Source: Chitinophagaceae bacterium (GTDB lineage Bacteria; Bacteroidota; Bacteroidia; Chitinophagales; Chitinophagaceae). From it: a stretch of DNA of 59,397 nucleotides. Location: positions 26,457 to 85,853 of the forward strand of contig JAGODE010000001.1 of the NCBI GenBank assembly GCA_017998385.1, read 5' to 3'. Numbering within the stretch: position 1 is the first letter of the stretch; every line of letters starts with the position of its first letter. A model generated the notes under the pieces. The model did not search any database. It was not told the origin of the DNA and worked only from the letters and a program-made list of their open reading frames with translations. This document shows, in pieces, positions 47,530-56,718 of this stretch. The position numbers and the translations under genes are program-made.

Positions 47530-47985
47530 GGAAACGGTGGATTAGTCAGAACCGGCAATGCAAAACATCGCCAAAACCGGGTCGCAGGCAAAGAATTTAC
47601 TCCCAAAGACCTGTGGATATCCACTATAATATGTGAATAATGCGGCGTGAAACGTGAACATGAAATAGAATTAATGGCGACAAAATAGTGAGTAGCGGGC
47701 CGGAGCTCGCCGGCCTATTATTAATTCCCGATTTTTCCCATGTCTATCCACATTTTTTGGTCCCGGAAATCTTACTCTTTTAGTACCACCTCACTTATTC
47801 ACTCTTTGTGGATTTCTGCCTCAAATGCAGATGCAACGGGCATGTTTGATGTGAATTACACGTTGAAAAATGTGGATATTGAAAAAACAATAATTTTGTA
47901 TCCTGACTTTTCCACGAATTCACAGCCGTAATAATAATAAGCTTTTTTATAAAAAATATATTAATACAATTATTATTAGAGAAAA
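47530..47985. other. Candidate chromosomal replication origin (oriC): DnaA-box cluster plus an AT-rich unwinding element
   Basis: Boxes relative to TTATCCACA. One mismatch: 47612-47620 TGTGGATAT, 47632-47640 TGTGAATAA, 47744-47752 CTATCCACA, 47871-47879 TGTGGATAT. Two mismatches: 47536-47544, 47617-47625, 47795-47803, 47807-47815. AT tract at 47929-47980. The region is the 575-bp gene-free spacer between divergently oriented gene blocks. Confidence 0.6.
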
Positions 47986-48057
47986 GGGCGGCCAAAGATT
48001 TTCTTTTGAAAAATCGGAAAAGCAGTTGGAATATTGCTCTCTCGAAAAACGATCAGT

Positions 48058-49068
48058 ATGAACACAACAGCATTGAAAACAGCGATGGATGCGGTAAACA
48101 AAAAAGGGTTTCTGGATGTGGACATTGATCCAACACTGGATCTTTTTGCAGAAATACAGCGTCTCAAAAAAGAGAAAAATGCTGTTGTTCTGGCGCACTA
48201 TTACCAGGAAGCTGATATCCAGGACGTGGCTGATTACATTGGCGACAGCCTGGGACTGGCTCAGGAAGCGCAAAAGACCAATGCCGATATGATCGTTTTT
48301 GCTGGTGTGCATTTCATGGCAGAGACTGCCAAGATCCTCAACCCTACCAAAAAAGTGGTGATTCCGGATTTGAAAGCAGGTTGCTCGTTGAGCGACAGCT
48401 GTCCTCCGCCTCTTTTTAAACAGTTCAAAGATCAGCACCCTGACCATGTGGTGGTGAGTTATATCAACTGCAGTGCAGGTATAAAAGCGCTCAGCGATGT
48501 AATTGTGACGAGCAGCAATGCCCGTATCATTGTGGATAGTTTTCCTAAAGATCAGCCGATCATTTTTGCACCAGATAAAAACCTGGGTGCTTATATCAAT
48601 AAAGTGACCGGCCGCAATATGCTGTTGTGGAACGGTGCCTGTATGGTACACGAAATATTCAGCCTCGAGAAAATCACCAAACTTAAAATGAGGCATCCCA
48701 ATGCCAAATTTATTGCTCACCCCGAATGTGAAGAAGCTATCCTTAAAATGGCTGATTACATCGGTTCTACAACGGGACTGCTCAAGTTTACTCAAACAGA
48801 TCCTTCTACGGAGTTTATCGTGGCTACAGAGTCTGGCATACTTCACCAGATGATGAAGGCCAGCCCTGATAAAACGTTTATTCCGGCACCGCCCAATAAC
48901 AGCTGTGCCTGCAATGACTGTCCGCATATGAAGCTCAATTCGCTGGAGAAACTGTATTTGTGTATGGAGTATGAGACACCGGAGATTATTATGGACGAAG
49001 AGCTGCGCCTGGCTGCCCGTAAACCCATCGACCGAATGCTTGAGATCAGTGCTAAGGCTGGTCTTTAA
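48058..49068 (+). CDS. nadA: Quinolinate synthase
   Basis: [26 protein letters not shown] and a CACNDCPHM-type Fe-S ligand region. ATG at 48058. Confidence 0.95.
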   Translation: MNTTALKTAMDAVNKKGFLDVDIDPTLDLFAEIQRLKKEKNAVVLAHYYQEADIQDVADYIGDSLGLAQEAQKTNADMIVFAGVHFMAETAKILNPTKKVVIPDLKAGCSLSDSCPPPLFKQFKDQHPDHVVVSYINCSAGIKALSDVIVTSSNARIIVDSFPKDQPIIFAPDKNLGAYINKVTGRNMLLWNGACMVHEIFSLEKITKLKMRHPNAKFIAHPECEEAILKMADYIGSTTGLLKFTQTDPSTEFIVATESGILHQMMKASPDKTFIPAPPNNSCACNDCPHMKLNSLEKLYLCMEYETPEIIMDEELRLAARKPIDRMLEISAKAGL

Positions 49069-49079
49069 TTTCCTATACT

Positions 49080-50771
49080 ATGTTTAAAAAATATGCTATT
49101 AACCTGGAGCAGGAAAACCGCAGTGTATACCTGATTGGGTTTTTATGTCTGCTGGTTTATGTGGGATCACTTTTTTTTCCGTTAATGGATAAAGATGCGG
49201 CACACCACGCCAATATTGCATTGCACATGCTGCAGTACAATGACTATCTGAGCCTGGTAGACCGCGATCTGGATTATCTTGACAAACCACACCTGCTTTT
49301 CTGGAGTTCTGCATTAAGCTTTAAACTATTTGGAGTAAATACATTCGCGCATCGTCTTCCCGCTATTTTGTATGCTCTTATCACTTTATTGAGTACTTAC
49401 CGGCTTACACTGCGTCTTACAGATAAATCCACAGCCAGGCTGGCAGCGATCATGCTGGCCACTGCAGAGGGATTTATTCTTTCTATTAATGATGCCCGGA
49501 TGGAAACGCCACTCAGTGCAGGCATTATGCTGGGCATGTGGCAGCTCATCAGTTATGTGGATACAAGGAAATGGTCAAACCTTATTTTCGCTGCATTGGG
49601 TGCAGCTATTGCTTTTAGTACCAAAGGATGGGTAGGACCCGGAATTATATTCGTAGCTACTTTTTTCTATATTCTTTTCCAGAAGAAATGGGATGTACTG
49701 ACTAATATCCGCACATGGGTGTTTATTCCGCTTTTATTTCTTTTTATATCACCTGTTATATACGCGTACTATTATCAGTATGACCTGCATCCCCACAAGG
49801 TTATTAGAAGTATGAGCAATATTTCGGGCGTAAAATTCATTTTGTGGGAGCAAAACTTTGAACGTTTCGGCGGTGATAATTTCAATAAGGGTGGCCGTAA
49901 CAGCAGTTACTTTTTCCTTTACCATACTTTTTTATGGGCTTTTTTTCCCTGGTGCCTTTTTGCCTATATGGCACTTGTGTACTGGATAAAGCGAATGCTG
50001 GTCAACAGAGAATGGAAAACTACCATCAATTTTGCTGCGGTAACCTTTGCACTTGTTTTATTTGGTATTTCCTTCTCTAAGTTTAAAATGCCGCATTATA
50101 TCTTTATGTTAATGCCCCTGGCATCTATTTTTACAGCGGTTTACCTGCGGCAATTGTTAAGCAGGGAAACCGCCGCCAAATGGTTTCTTACCGTTCACCA
50201 GGTATTTGCTGTGCTGGTTCTTATTGCCACCATTGTACTGAACTTTTACTTTTTCAAACCCTTCTCATTCTGGGTATGGATTGGTGGTGGCATTCTGATA
50301 ATCGGTTTACTGAATTTGATGTGGCAGAGGGCCGCTGATAAGGGGCTTAAACTGGTATATGTATCGGTTGGCTTTTCTTTGCTTTTTAACTTCTTTGCCA
50401 ATTACAGTTTTTTTCCGAATCTTTTTAAATACCAGGGAGGGAATGAACTGGTAAAAGTGATGAAAGAGAAGGGTATTAAAATACCTGACGAAAAAATCCT
50501 TTTACTCGACAATAATGCTCATACATTCGATTTTTACCTGGGGCATAATCACCATGTCGCAGATATTGCAAAGCCGGAATTACTTGATAGCAGTAAATAC
50601 TATTTAATCAGCAGTCCGATAGCCAACAACCTGGGAGAAAAGGGTTATCGGATCGACACCATTGCCAGCCATGTGGATTACAATGTATCTACACTAAAGC
50701 TCAAGTTTCTGAATCCAAAAACGAGAGAATCAAAGCTGGATACGCTGATGCTTGCACGGATAATAAAATAG
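49080..50771 (+). CDS. GT39/ArnT-like glycosyltransferase (dolichyl/undecaprenyl-phosphate sugar dependent)
   Basis: 563 aa, more than 10 TM segments. N-terminal loop LMDKDAAHHA...YLDKPHLLFW is typical of ArnT/PMT family proteins. Confidence 0.75.
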   Translation: MFKKYAINLEQENRSVYLIGFLCLLVYVGSLFFPLMDKDAAHHANIALHMLQYNDYLSLVDRDLDYLDKPHLLFWSSALSFKLFGVNTFAHRLPAILYALITLLSTYRLTLRLTDKSTARLAAIMLATAEGFILSINDARMETPLSAGIMLGMWQLISYVDTRKWSNLIFAALGAAIAFSTKGWVGPGIIFVATFFYILFQKKWDVLTNIRTWVFIPLLFLFISPVIYAYYYQYDLHPHKVIRSMSNISGVKFILWEQNFERFGGDNFNKGGRNSSYFFLYHTFLWAFFPWCLFAYMALVYWIKRMLVNREWKTTINFAAVTFALVLFGISFSKFKMPHYIFMLMPLASIFTAVYLRQLLSRETAAKWFLTVHQVFAVLVLIATIVLNFYFFKPFSFWVWIGGGILIIGLLNLMWQRAADKGLKLVYVSVGFSLLFNFFANYSFFPNLFKYQGGNELVKVMKEKGIKIPDEKILLLDNNAHTFDFYLGHNHHVADIAKPELLDSSKYYLISSPIANNLGEKGYRIDTIASHVDYNVSTLKLKFLNPKTRESKLDTLMLARIIK

Positions 50772-50782
50772 AAACAACAGAT

Positions 50783-51451
50783 TTATTTTCGGAATATTTC
50801 TTTGTTTACCGGTCGGTAAATAATCAGAAAAAATAGAAGGGCAATGCCGGCCTCGAGCAACTCTGCGCGTTTACCATGACGGATCATTTCGGTAAGTGCA
50901 AATACCACGAGTATGGAAATAACCTGGTATGCATAAGGGATGGGGATACCACTTTTATCTACAAATTTTTTGAAAGATGCCGATCTCTTATAAATAAGAG
51001 GAAAGAATACAAGATACAAACCCATCGCTGCTACCAGTCCTATAGAAAATACGATCTTATTTACCTTCAGTCCTCCCACAACGAGATTGTGCAGGTTTGT
51101 TTCTCCCTGGGCATTGTTTTTCAGAAAAAATTCAGAACTCTGAATATGAAAAATCCGTTGTCCCCAGGATATTTCTTCGCCGGCTGCAAAGAAGAGCCCG
51201 AGTCCCATAATAAACACTACAAAAAGAAACCAGGGTTTTCGTTGTTTGAAAAGAGTAAATAAGCGATAAAAGCAGGTGGCAGAACCAAGTATCAGGCCCA
51301 ATACGGTTAACCATTCTACCACACCATCTTCCTGCACATAGGTTTCAAACCGGGGTACATTGGTATAAAAGAAATAGAAGCCCAGGGCAAGTATGATTAC
51401 AATAAGGAGGAGTATCAGTTTTTCTATAAGAGAAAGCGTTTTCGACTGCAT
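50783..51451 (-). CDS. Hypothetical polytopic membrane protein
   Basis: ATG at 51451. Six or seven hydrophobic segments. No motif recognised. Confidence 0.5.
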   Translation of the reverse strand: MQSKTLSLIEKLILLLIVIILALGFYFFYTNVPRFETYVQEDGVVEWLTVLGLILGSATCFYRLFTLFKQRKPWFLFVVFIMGLGLFFAAGEEISWGQRIFHIQSSEFFLKNNAQGETNLHNLVVGGLKVNKIVFSIGLVAAMGLYLVFFPLIYKRSASFKKFVDKSGIPIPYAYQVISILVVFALTEMIRHGKRAELLEAGIALLFFLIIYRPVNKEIFRK

Positions 51452-51512
51452 AGATGGATATTTATCAAACAAAGATGGTATGTTTTGGCAAGTTGGCGAA
51501 ATACTTAGTAAA

Positions 51513-52700
51513 TCAAACTATTGAAAGAAGGCGTTGAGCGGCAAGTCGCAGTGTTTCCTCTTTCTTGGCAAAACAGAAACGAATTACTTTATTATCAGTT
51601 CCTTCCTGGTAAAATGAGGAAAGCGGTATGCTGGCCACACCTGCCTCCCGGGTGAGGCGTTTGGCAAATTCCTGATCCGATTCCTGCGAGAAATGCCCGT
51701 ATGAAGCGCAGATAAAATAACTGCCACGACTGGGCAATAGTTTAAAGGGAGTATCTTTTAAGAGCGATATAAAAAAGTCTCTTTTTTGTTGTAGAAAATC
51801 GGCCAGGGTAAGATAAGTTTCTTTTTGCTGTAGAAAATCGGCAAGTGCTACCTGCGAAGGGGTATGACAGGAGAAGCAATTGAACTGATGCAGTTTTCTG
51901 AATTCGGCCATTAGCGCTGGCGATGAGATGGCATAACCAAGTTTCCAACCGGTACAGTGATATACTTTGCCAAACGAAAAGCAGACAAAGCTGCGTTCTA
52001 AAAGATCCGGGTACCGGAGTATACTCAAATGTGGCTGTTTATCATATACCAGGTGTTCATAAACCTCGTCGGACAATATATGCAGTGAATGCCTGTTTAC
52101 TAGCTCTCTTAGTTGTTGTATATCTGTTTCGCTAAGAATGGAGCCGGTAGGATTGTGCGGATTATTTAGAATGATGAGTTTTGTTTTTGAATTAATTCTG
52201 CTGGCTACCTCGTTCCAGTCGATACTGTAATCAGGATAACGAAGAGGGATGCGCACGGGCACGGCCCCGTTTACAGTAATACCCGGTATATAACTGTCAT
52301 AAGCAGGCTCAAAAACAATTACTTCATCTCCCGGGTGAAGTAGTATTGTAAGGGCGGTATAAATGGCGTAAGTACCTCCAGGTGTGATCGTGATCTGCGT
52401 TGTAGGATCGGGTGAGTAATTATACAGGTAGGCGGTTTTATCGGCCAGCACCTGGCGCAGGGGCAGGTAACCCTGCATAGGGGAGTATTGATTACAGCCA
52501 TCTTTCATTGCTTTTGTTACCAGATCAATGAGCAATGGATCCATAGGAAAATCAGGAAAACCCTGGCCCAGGTTTACAGCATTATATTCCTGTGCCAGTG
52601 AACTCATGACAGTAAAAATAGTTGTTCCTACTTCGGGGAGTTTTGACCGAAAGCTCAAGTGATTATTTTTTTCTTGTGATAGTTTTATTAACCAGTTCAT
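51513..52700 (-). CDS. Class I/II pyridoxal-phosphate-dependent aminotransferase (YbdL/methionine aminotransferase-like)
   Basis: KLPEVGTTIFT..MS.LA, NNPHNPTG, and SFGK (the PLP lysine). The ATG at 52700 overlaps the upstream gene by 38 nt. An in-frame TTG at 52658 would remove the overlap and still keep the conserved SKLP N-terminus. Confidence 0.85.
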   Translation of the reverse strand: MNWLIKLSQEKNNHLSFRSKLPEVGTTIFTVMSSLAQEYNAVNLGQGFPDFPMDPLLIDLVTKAMKDGCNQYSPMQGYLPLRQVLADKTAYLYNYSPDPTTQITITPGGTYAIYTALTILLHPGDEVIVFEPAYDSYIPGITVNGAVPVRIPLRYPDYSIDWNEVASRINSKTKLIILNNPHNPTGSILSETDIQQLRELVNRHSLHILSDEVYEHLVYDKQPHLSILRYPDLLERSFVCFSFGKVYHCTGWKLGYAISSPALMAEFRKLHQFNCFSCHTPSQVALADFLQQKETYLTLADFLQQKRDFFISLLKDTPFKLLPSRGSYFICASYGHFSQESDQEFAKRLTREAGVASIPLSSFYQEGTDNKVIRFCFAKKEETLRLAAQRLLSIV

Positions 52701-52998
52701 AAGAATGATCGATCCATTCTTTGATTAGTCGATCTGATATAGAACCATCAAGGATGACAGTATTCCAGTGTTTTTTGTTCATATGGTATCCCGGAAGTAC
52801 CGCCGGGTATTCATCCCTGAGTTCTATGGCTTTATCAGGATCACATTTTACATTGAAACGGGCCGGCTGCTCGTCAAGACCGGCCAGCAGGTAGATTTTA
52901 CCATTTACTTTGTATACTAATGTATCGGGCCCAAAGGGAAATGTTTCTTCTGTTCCGGGTTTTGAAAGACAGTATTCGCGCAGCGATTCTATATGCAT
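52663..52998 (-). CDS. MmcQ/YjbR family protein
   Basis: 111 aa. YCLSKPGTEETFPFGPDTLVYKVNGKIY is typical of YjbR. Confidence 0.7.
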   Translation of the reverse strand: MHIESLREYCLSKPGTEETFPFGPDTLVYKVNGKIYLLAGLDEQPARFNVKCDPDKAIELRDEYPAVLPGYHMNKKHWNTVILDGSISDRLIKEWIDHSYELVNKTITRKK

Positions 52999-53175
52999 AA
53001 TCTATGAATTTAGAATTGCGCAGGCTTCAATCTGTATAAGATATGCAGGATTTATGAGAGCAGACACTTCTACCATAGTGTTGCAGGGCTTAATGTTGCC
53101 AAACACTACAACATAAGCGCGGCCATACTCTTCCCATTTGGTAGCGGGGGGATAGTTTGTTCTTTGCATCTATGT

Positions 53176-53898
53176 TTAATTTTTTATTTCGATATTTTCC
53201 GGAAGAATAATTGGCTCTCCCTGCATACGTAACAGGATTTGCGCTACTGTGAGCACATCTTTCTGGCAATAGGTTACGATTCGTGTGAGTTCCTGATCTT
53301 TCCAGTATACCTCTCCTACTTTGCTGCCATCAATGTCGTCTTTTGGCGTAGGTATACCCAGTGCATGTGCCAGCAGGTTTAGGGAGGTATAATTTTTAAA
53401 ATCACCAAATTTCCAGAGCTCCATGGTGTCAATAAAATTTACCTCCCATGGTTTTTTACCACTATTATCTAATATGATAGGAATGGGAATATTATTTATA
53501 AGCATGCGCCGGCAGAGATAGGGGAAGTCAAACTCTTTGCCATTATGGGCACAAAGAAATTTTGTTTCTCCGGCTGACCATTTTCGCAGCATATCTGCGA
53601 AGGCAAGCAGTATTTCTGCTTCGTTGTTTCCAGAAAAGGATTTGAGGATGATTTTTCTCTGGTTGCTGTTGCCCTGCATTACGCCACAGCTTATGCAAAT
53701 AATTTTTCCAAACTCTGCATAGATAGCAGCTCGCGAATAGATGCTTTCGCGGGTTTCTTCTTCACGGTTGCGTAACAGTGACTCCGCTTTTTTACCCCAA
53801 AGCTCCTGCCATTCCGCAGGCATAGTACTGTAGTCCGGATATTGAGATACGGTTTCAATATCCAGGAAAAGAATGTTGTGTAGCGGGTAATTAGGCAT
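53176..53898 (-). CDS. RNase H-like 3'-5' exonuclease (PolB-exonuclease-related)
   Basis: The Exo I motif FLDIET is near the N-terminus. Downstream acidic motifs (HNGKEFDFP, YCQKD) are consistent with DEDD-type exonucleases. Confidence 0.7.
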   Translation of the reverse strand: MPNYPLHNILFLDIETVSQYPDYSTMPAEWQELWGKKAESLLRNREEETRESIYSRAAIYAEFGKIICISCGVMQGNSNQRKIILKSFSGNNEAEILLAFADMLRKWSAGETKFLCAHNGKEFDFPYLCRRMLINNIPIPIILDNSGKKPWEVNFIDTMELWKFGDFKNYTSLNLLAHALGIPTPKDDIDGSKVGEVYWKDQELTRIVTYCQKDVLTVAQILLRMQGEPIILPENIEIKN

Positions 53899-53972
53899 AG
53901 CAGTATTTGAATGCTAAAGTTACGCATTCAGTATACCGGCGTAAGGGAAATAAACGGAAAAAAAATGTTTTT

Positions 53973-54320
53973 TTAGCCGTGCTGGATCAGGCCAATGTGA
54001 TTACCAAACGGGTCGGCTACTATGGCTACATACATCTCATGACCAACTTCTGTTTTTTCCTGAACCAGTTTTGCCTCAAGGCTTATTAAATGAGCAACAG
54101 CTTCGTCAATGGTTTCCACTTTCCAGTAAGCTACGCTGTGATTGCCGGCACCGGCGTGAGTAGTGTCCGGATCAAGACCCAGTTCAAACCCATTGATATC
54201 AAAACCAACGTAAAAGGGTTGATCAAAATAGGGTTCTTTACCTGTGGCTTTAGTATACCAGGCTTTGGCAGCAGCCAGGTCTTCTGTGTGATAGATAATG
54301 GTACGGAGTTTCTGGAACAT
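53973..54320 (-). CDS. VOC (glyoxalase/bleomycin resistance) family protein
   Basis: 115 aa, with beta-alpha-beta-beta-beta repeat patterning and a C-terminal DPFGNHIGL motif. Confidence 0.75.
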   Translation of the reverse strand: MFQKLRTIIYHTEDLAAAKAWYTKATGKEPYFDQPFYVGFDINGFELGLDPDTTHAGAGNHSVAYWKVETIDEAVAHLISLEAKLVQEKTEVGHEMYVAIVADPFGNHIGLIQHG

Positions 54321-54330
54321 ATAGGGTTTG

Positions 54331-55413
54331 TTAAAGGAATTTATCTCCTTTGTTTCGTTTCACCTCAGCAAGATAGTCCTTTATTTCCTGTTCTTTTTCT
54401 TTTTTGCAGATGAGTAATACATCTGGAGTATCAACGATGATAAAATCTTCGAGCCCCTGCAACAAGACCAGTTTATTATCAGGTACATGTACCATTGAGT
54501 TGAGACTATCGAACACCATTACATGTTTACCTACAACAGCATTGTGATAGTAGTCGCGTTCCATGTTTTGCCAGGCACTGTTCCAGGTACCGAGATCGCT
54601 CCATTCAAAAGAAGCGGGAATTACATATACATTCGAGGCTTTTTCCATTATACCAAAGTCAATGGAGATATTGGTGCATTGCGGATAAATTCGCTCGAGC
54701 GCTTCGGCTTCTGAGGGTGTATTAAACAGATCTTTTTCTGCTGCAAAAACTTCATGCATTTCCGGGAGGTGGTTTTCAAATGCATGGATGATGTTTTTTA
54801 TTTTCCAGGTAAAGATGCCTGCGTTCCACAGAAAATCGCCACTGCTGATGAATGTTTTGGCGAGTTCGAGGTTAGGTTTTTCTGTAAATGTTTTTACTTT
54901 ATAAATACCAGGCGCTACTTCTGCATCTTCATGCTGTATGTAACCATAACCCGTATTGGGGTGTGTGGGTTTTATGCCAATTGTTACAAGTGCATTAATA
55001 TGGTCTACAAAGTGCAGGGCTTTTTGAGCTGTTTCTAAGAAGGCCGGCTGATCAAGAATGAGGTGATCTGCTGGTGAGGCAATCATAAGGGCATCGGGAT
55101 CTTTCTGAAACAATTTAAATGCTATATATGCAATGCAGGGAGCGGTGTTTTTGCGGGAAGGTTCCGCGAGGATGTTTTCCTGTGGGAGAGAGGGAAGTTG
55201 CTGGTGAACAAGATCCACATATTCTTTGGCAGTAATAACAAATATATTCTCACTGGGTACAAGCTGGCTGTACCTGTCGAAAGTTTGCTGGATCAGGGTT
55301 TTGCCGGTTCCCAGGATATCGAGAAATTGTTTGGGATAATTAGCTCTGCTCATGGGCCAGAAGCGACTGCCGATACCGCCGGCCATTATTGCTACATAGT
55401 TCTTTTTGTTCAT
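54331..55413 (-). CDS. Mannose-1-phosphate guanylyltransferase
   Basis: N-terminal AIMAGGIGSRFWPMSR nucleotidyltransferase motif. Length 360 aa. Confidence 0.85.
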   Translation of the reverse strand: MNKKNYVAIMAGGIGSRFWPMSRANYPKQFLDILGTGKTLIQQTFDRYSQLVPSENIFVITAKEYVDLVHQQLPSLPQENILAEPSRKNTAPCIAYIAFKLFQKDPDALMIASPADHLILDQPAFLETAQKALHFVDHINALVTIGIKPTHPNTGYGYIQHEDAEVAPGIYKVKTFTEKPNLELAKTFISSGDFLWNAGIFTWKIKNIIHAFENHLPEMHEVFAAEKDLFNTPSEAEALERIYPQCTNISIDFGIMEKASNVYVIPASFEWSDLGTWNSAWQNMERDYYHNAVVGKHVMVFDSLNSMVHVPDNKLVLLQGLEDFIIVDTPDVLLICKKEKEQEIKDYLAEVKRNKGDKFL

Positions 55414-55438
55414 TACTCTTCGTATTTCAATAATAGTT

Positions 55439-56404
55439 TTAAAGAAGACCTTCCCGAATCAGATCATGTAAATGTAGCATACCCAGGTAACGCCCTTCTT
55501 CTACAACTGCAAGTTGTGTTATCTCGTGTTTACGGAGCAGATCAAGTGCTTCTACGGCAAGTGCATCGGGTCTGATAGTTTTAGGGTTAACGGTCATAAT
55601 ATCTGCGGCCTGCAGATTTTTATCAAACCCTGTATTTTTCCGCAGCATTCTTCTGAGATCACCATCGGTAATTATACCCAGCAGCTGATCGGTTGAATCT
55701 GTTACAGCGGTTACACCGAGTCTTTTCTGGGTCATTTCCAGTATCACATCCTGCAGGTTTGTAGCTGGCGTAACCGCTGGTTTTTCATTACTGGGATAAA
55801 GGTCTCCTACGCGCAGGTAGAGTTTTTTTCCGAGCGTGCCTCCCGGATGGAAGCGGGCAAAATCATCTGGTTGAAACCCTTTTAATTCCATCAGGCATAC
55901 AGCCAGGGCATCTCCCATTACAAGTTGTGCTGTTGTGCTGGAGGTTGGCGCCAGGTTGTTGGGACAGGCTTCCTGCTGAACAGTAGTATCGAGTACAAGT
56001 GTTGCCTGCCGTGCCAGATAGGACTGTGTGTTTCCTACCATTGCAATAAGCGTGTTACCAAAGTTTTTGATGAGAGGAACCAGCACTTTTATTTCGGGGC
56101 TTTCTCCGCTTTTGCTGAGGATAAGTACAATATCGTGTTCCTGCACCATGCCGAGATCTCCATGAATTGCATCTGCAGCGTGCATAAAGATGGAAGGGGT
56201 GCCGGTTGAATTAAGGGTCGCTACAATTTTCTGAGCGATTACCGCACTTTTTCCTATGCCGCTGATAACCAGCCGCCCCGGACAGTTTGCAATGGCATTT
56301 ACAGCCGCTTCAAAATCTGCATTGATGGCCGCCTTCAGGCCTTCAATCGATTGTGCTTCCAATTCAATAGTGCGGCGGGCAATTTCTGAGAGTTGAATAG
56401 ACAT
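55439..56404 (-). CDS. kdsD: KpsF/GutQ family arabinose-5-phosphate isomerase (SIS domain plus CBS pair)
   Basis: SIS motif ISGIGKSAVIAQK and a C-terminal tandem CBS pair. The symbol is inferred from kdsB and LPS genes nearby. Confidence 0.85.
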   Translation of the reverse strand: MSIQLSEIARRTIELEAQSIEGLKAAINADFEAAVNAIANCPGRLVISGIGKSAVIAQKIVATLNSTGTPSIFMHAADAIHGDLGMVQEHDIVLILSKSGESPEIKVLVPLIKNFGNTLIAMVGNTQSYLARQATLVLDTTVQQEACPNNLAPTSSTTAQLVMGDALAVCLMELKGFQPDDFARFHPGGTLGKKLYLRVGDLYPSNEKPAVTPATNLQDVILEMTQKRLGVTAVTDSTDQLLGIITDGDLRRMLRKNTGFDKNLQAADIMTVNPKTIRPDALAVEALDLLRKHEITQLAVVEEGRYLGMLHLHDLIREGLL

Positions 56405-56426
56405 AACTTATTGCAGTACAATGCGG

Positions 56427-56434
56427 CAAAATTA
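56427..56434 (-). promoter_or_regulatory. -7 promoter box (TAATTTTG on the minus strand)
   Basis: The plus strand reads CAAAATTA, 23 nt upstream of the 56404 start. Confidence 0.45.
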
Positions 56435-56718
56435 TAGCTTTTGTTACGAACGGGCGTTTTCTATTGTCGGTCGGATCAATTTTAACGATCAGGGGTTACG
56501 TAATACGCTAATTCTGGTGTAAATTCGCAGTCCTCTTTTTACCACTGATTAGCTAGTGCGAAGGATTGCTGCGACGTCATTCGGGTCCGGTGGGGACCAT
56601 TCTTTAGATGTATATTCATTAATATGCTGGTAAACAGCAAGAAAATGAGTATCTTAATAAGCACAGGCGCTGGTGGAGATACCGGCTGTATTGCCGGCAG
56701 TAGAGTAATAAATGAATA

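Noticed and set aside
47740-47995. Small ORFs (63 aa on the plus strand, 66 aa on the minus strand) inside the 575-bp spacer upstream of nadA, and the idea of a NAD-responsive riboswitch ahead of nadA.
   Set aside because: The ORFs have no motifs and span the DnaA-box cluster and AT tract. I found no conserved riboswitch-like helices. The DnaA-box and AT-tract architecture explains the spacer better.
51787-51844. Apparent in-frame 39-bp tandem duplication in the aminotransferase gene (LADFLQQKETYLT LADFLQQKRD; TGTTGTAGAAAATCGGC versus TGCTGTAGAAAATCGGC).
   Set aside because: From memory, E. coli YbdL has the same spacing in this region (ALADML..7 aa..YLALPDFYRQKRD). The segment is therefore family-typical in length and not an insertion. 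Only the unusually high local nucleotide similarity is odd.
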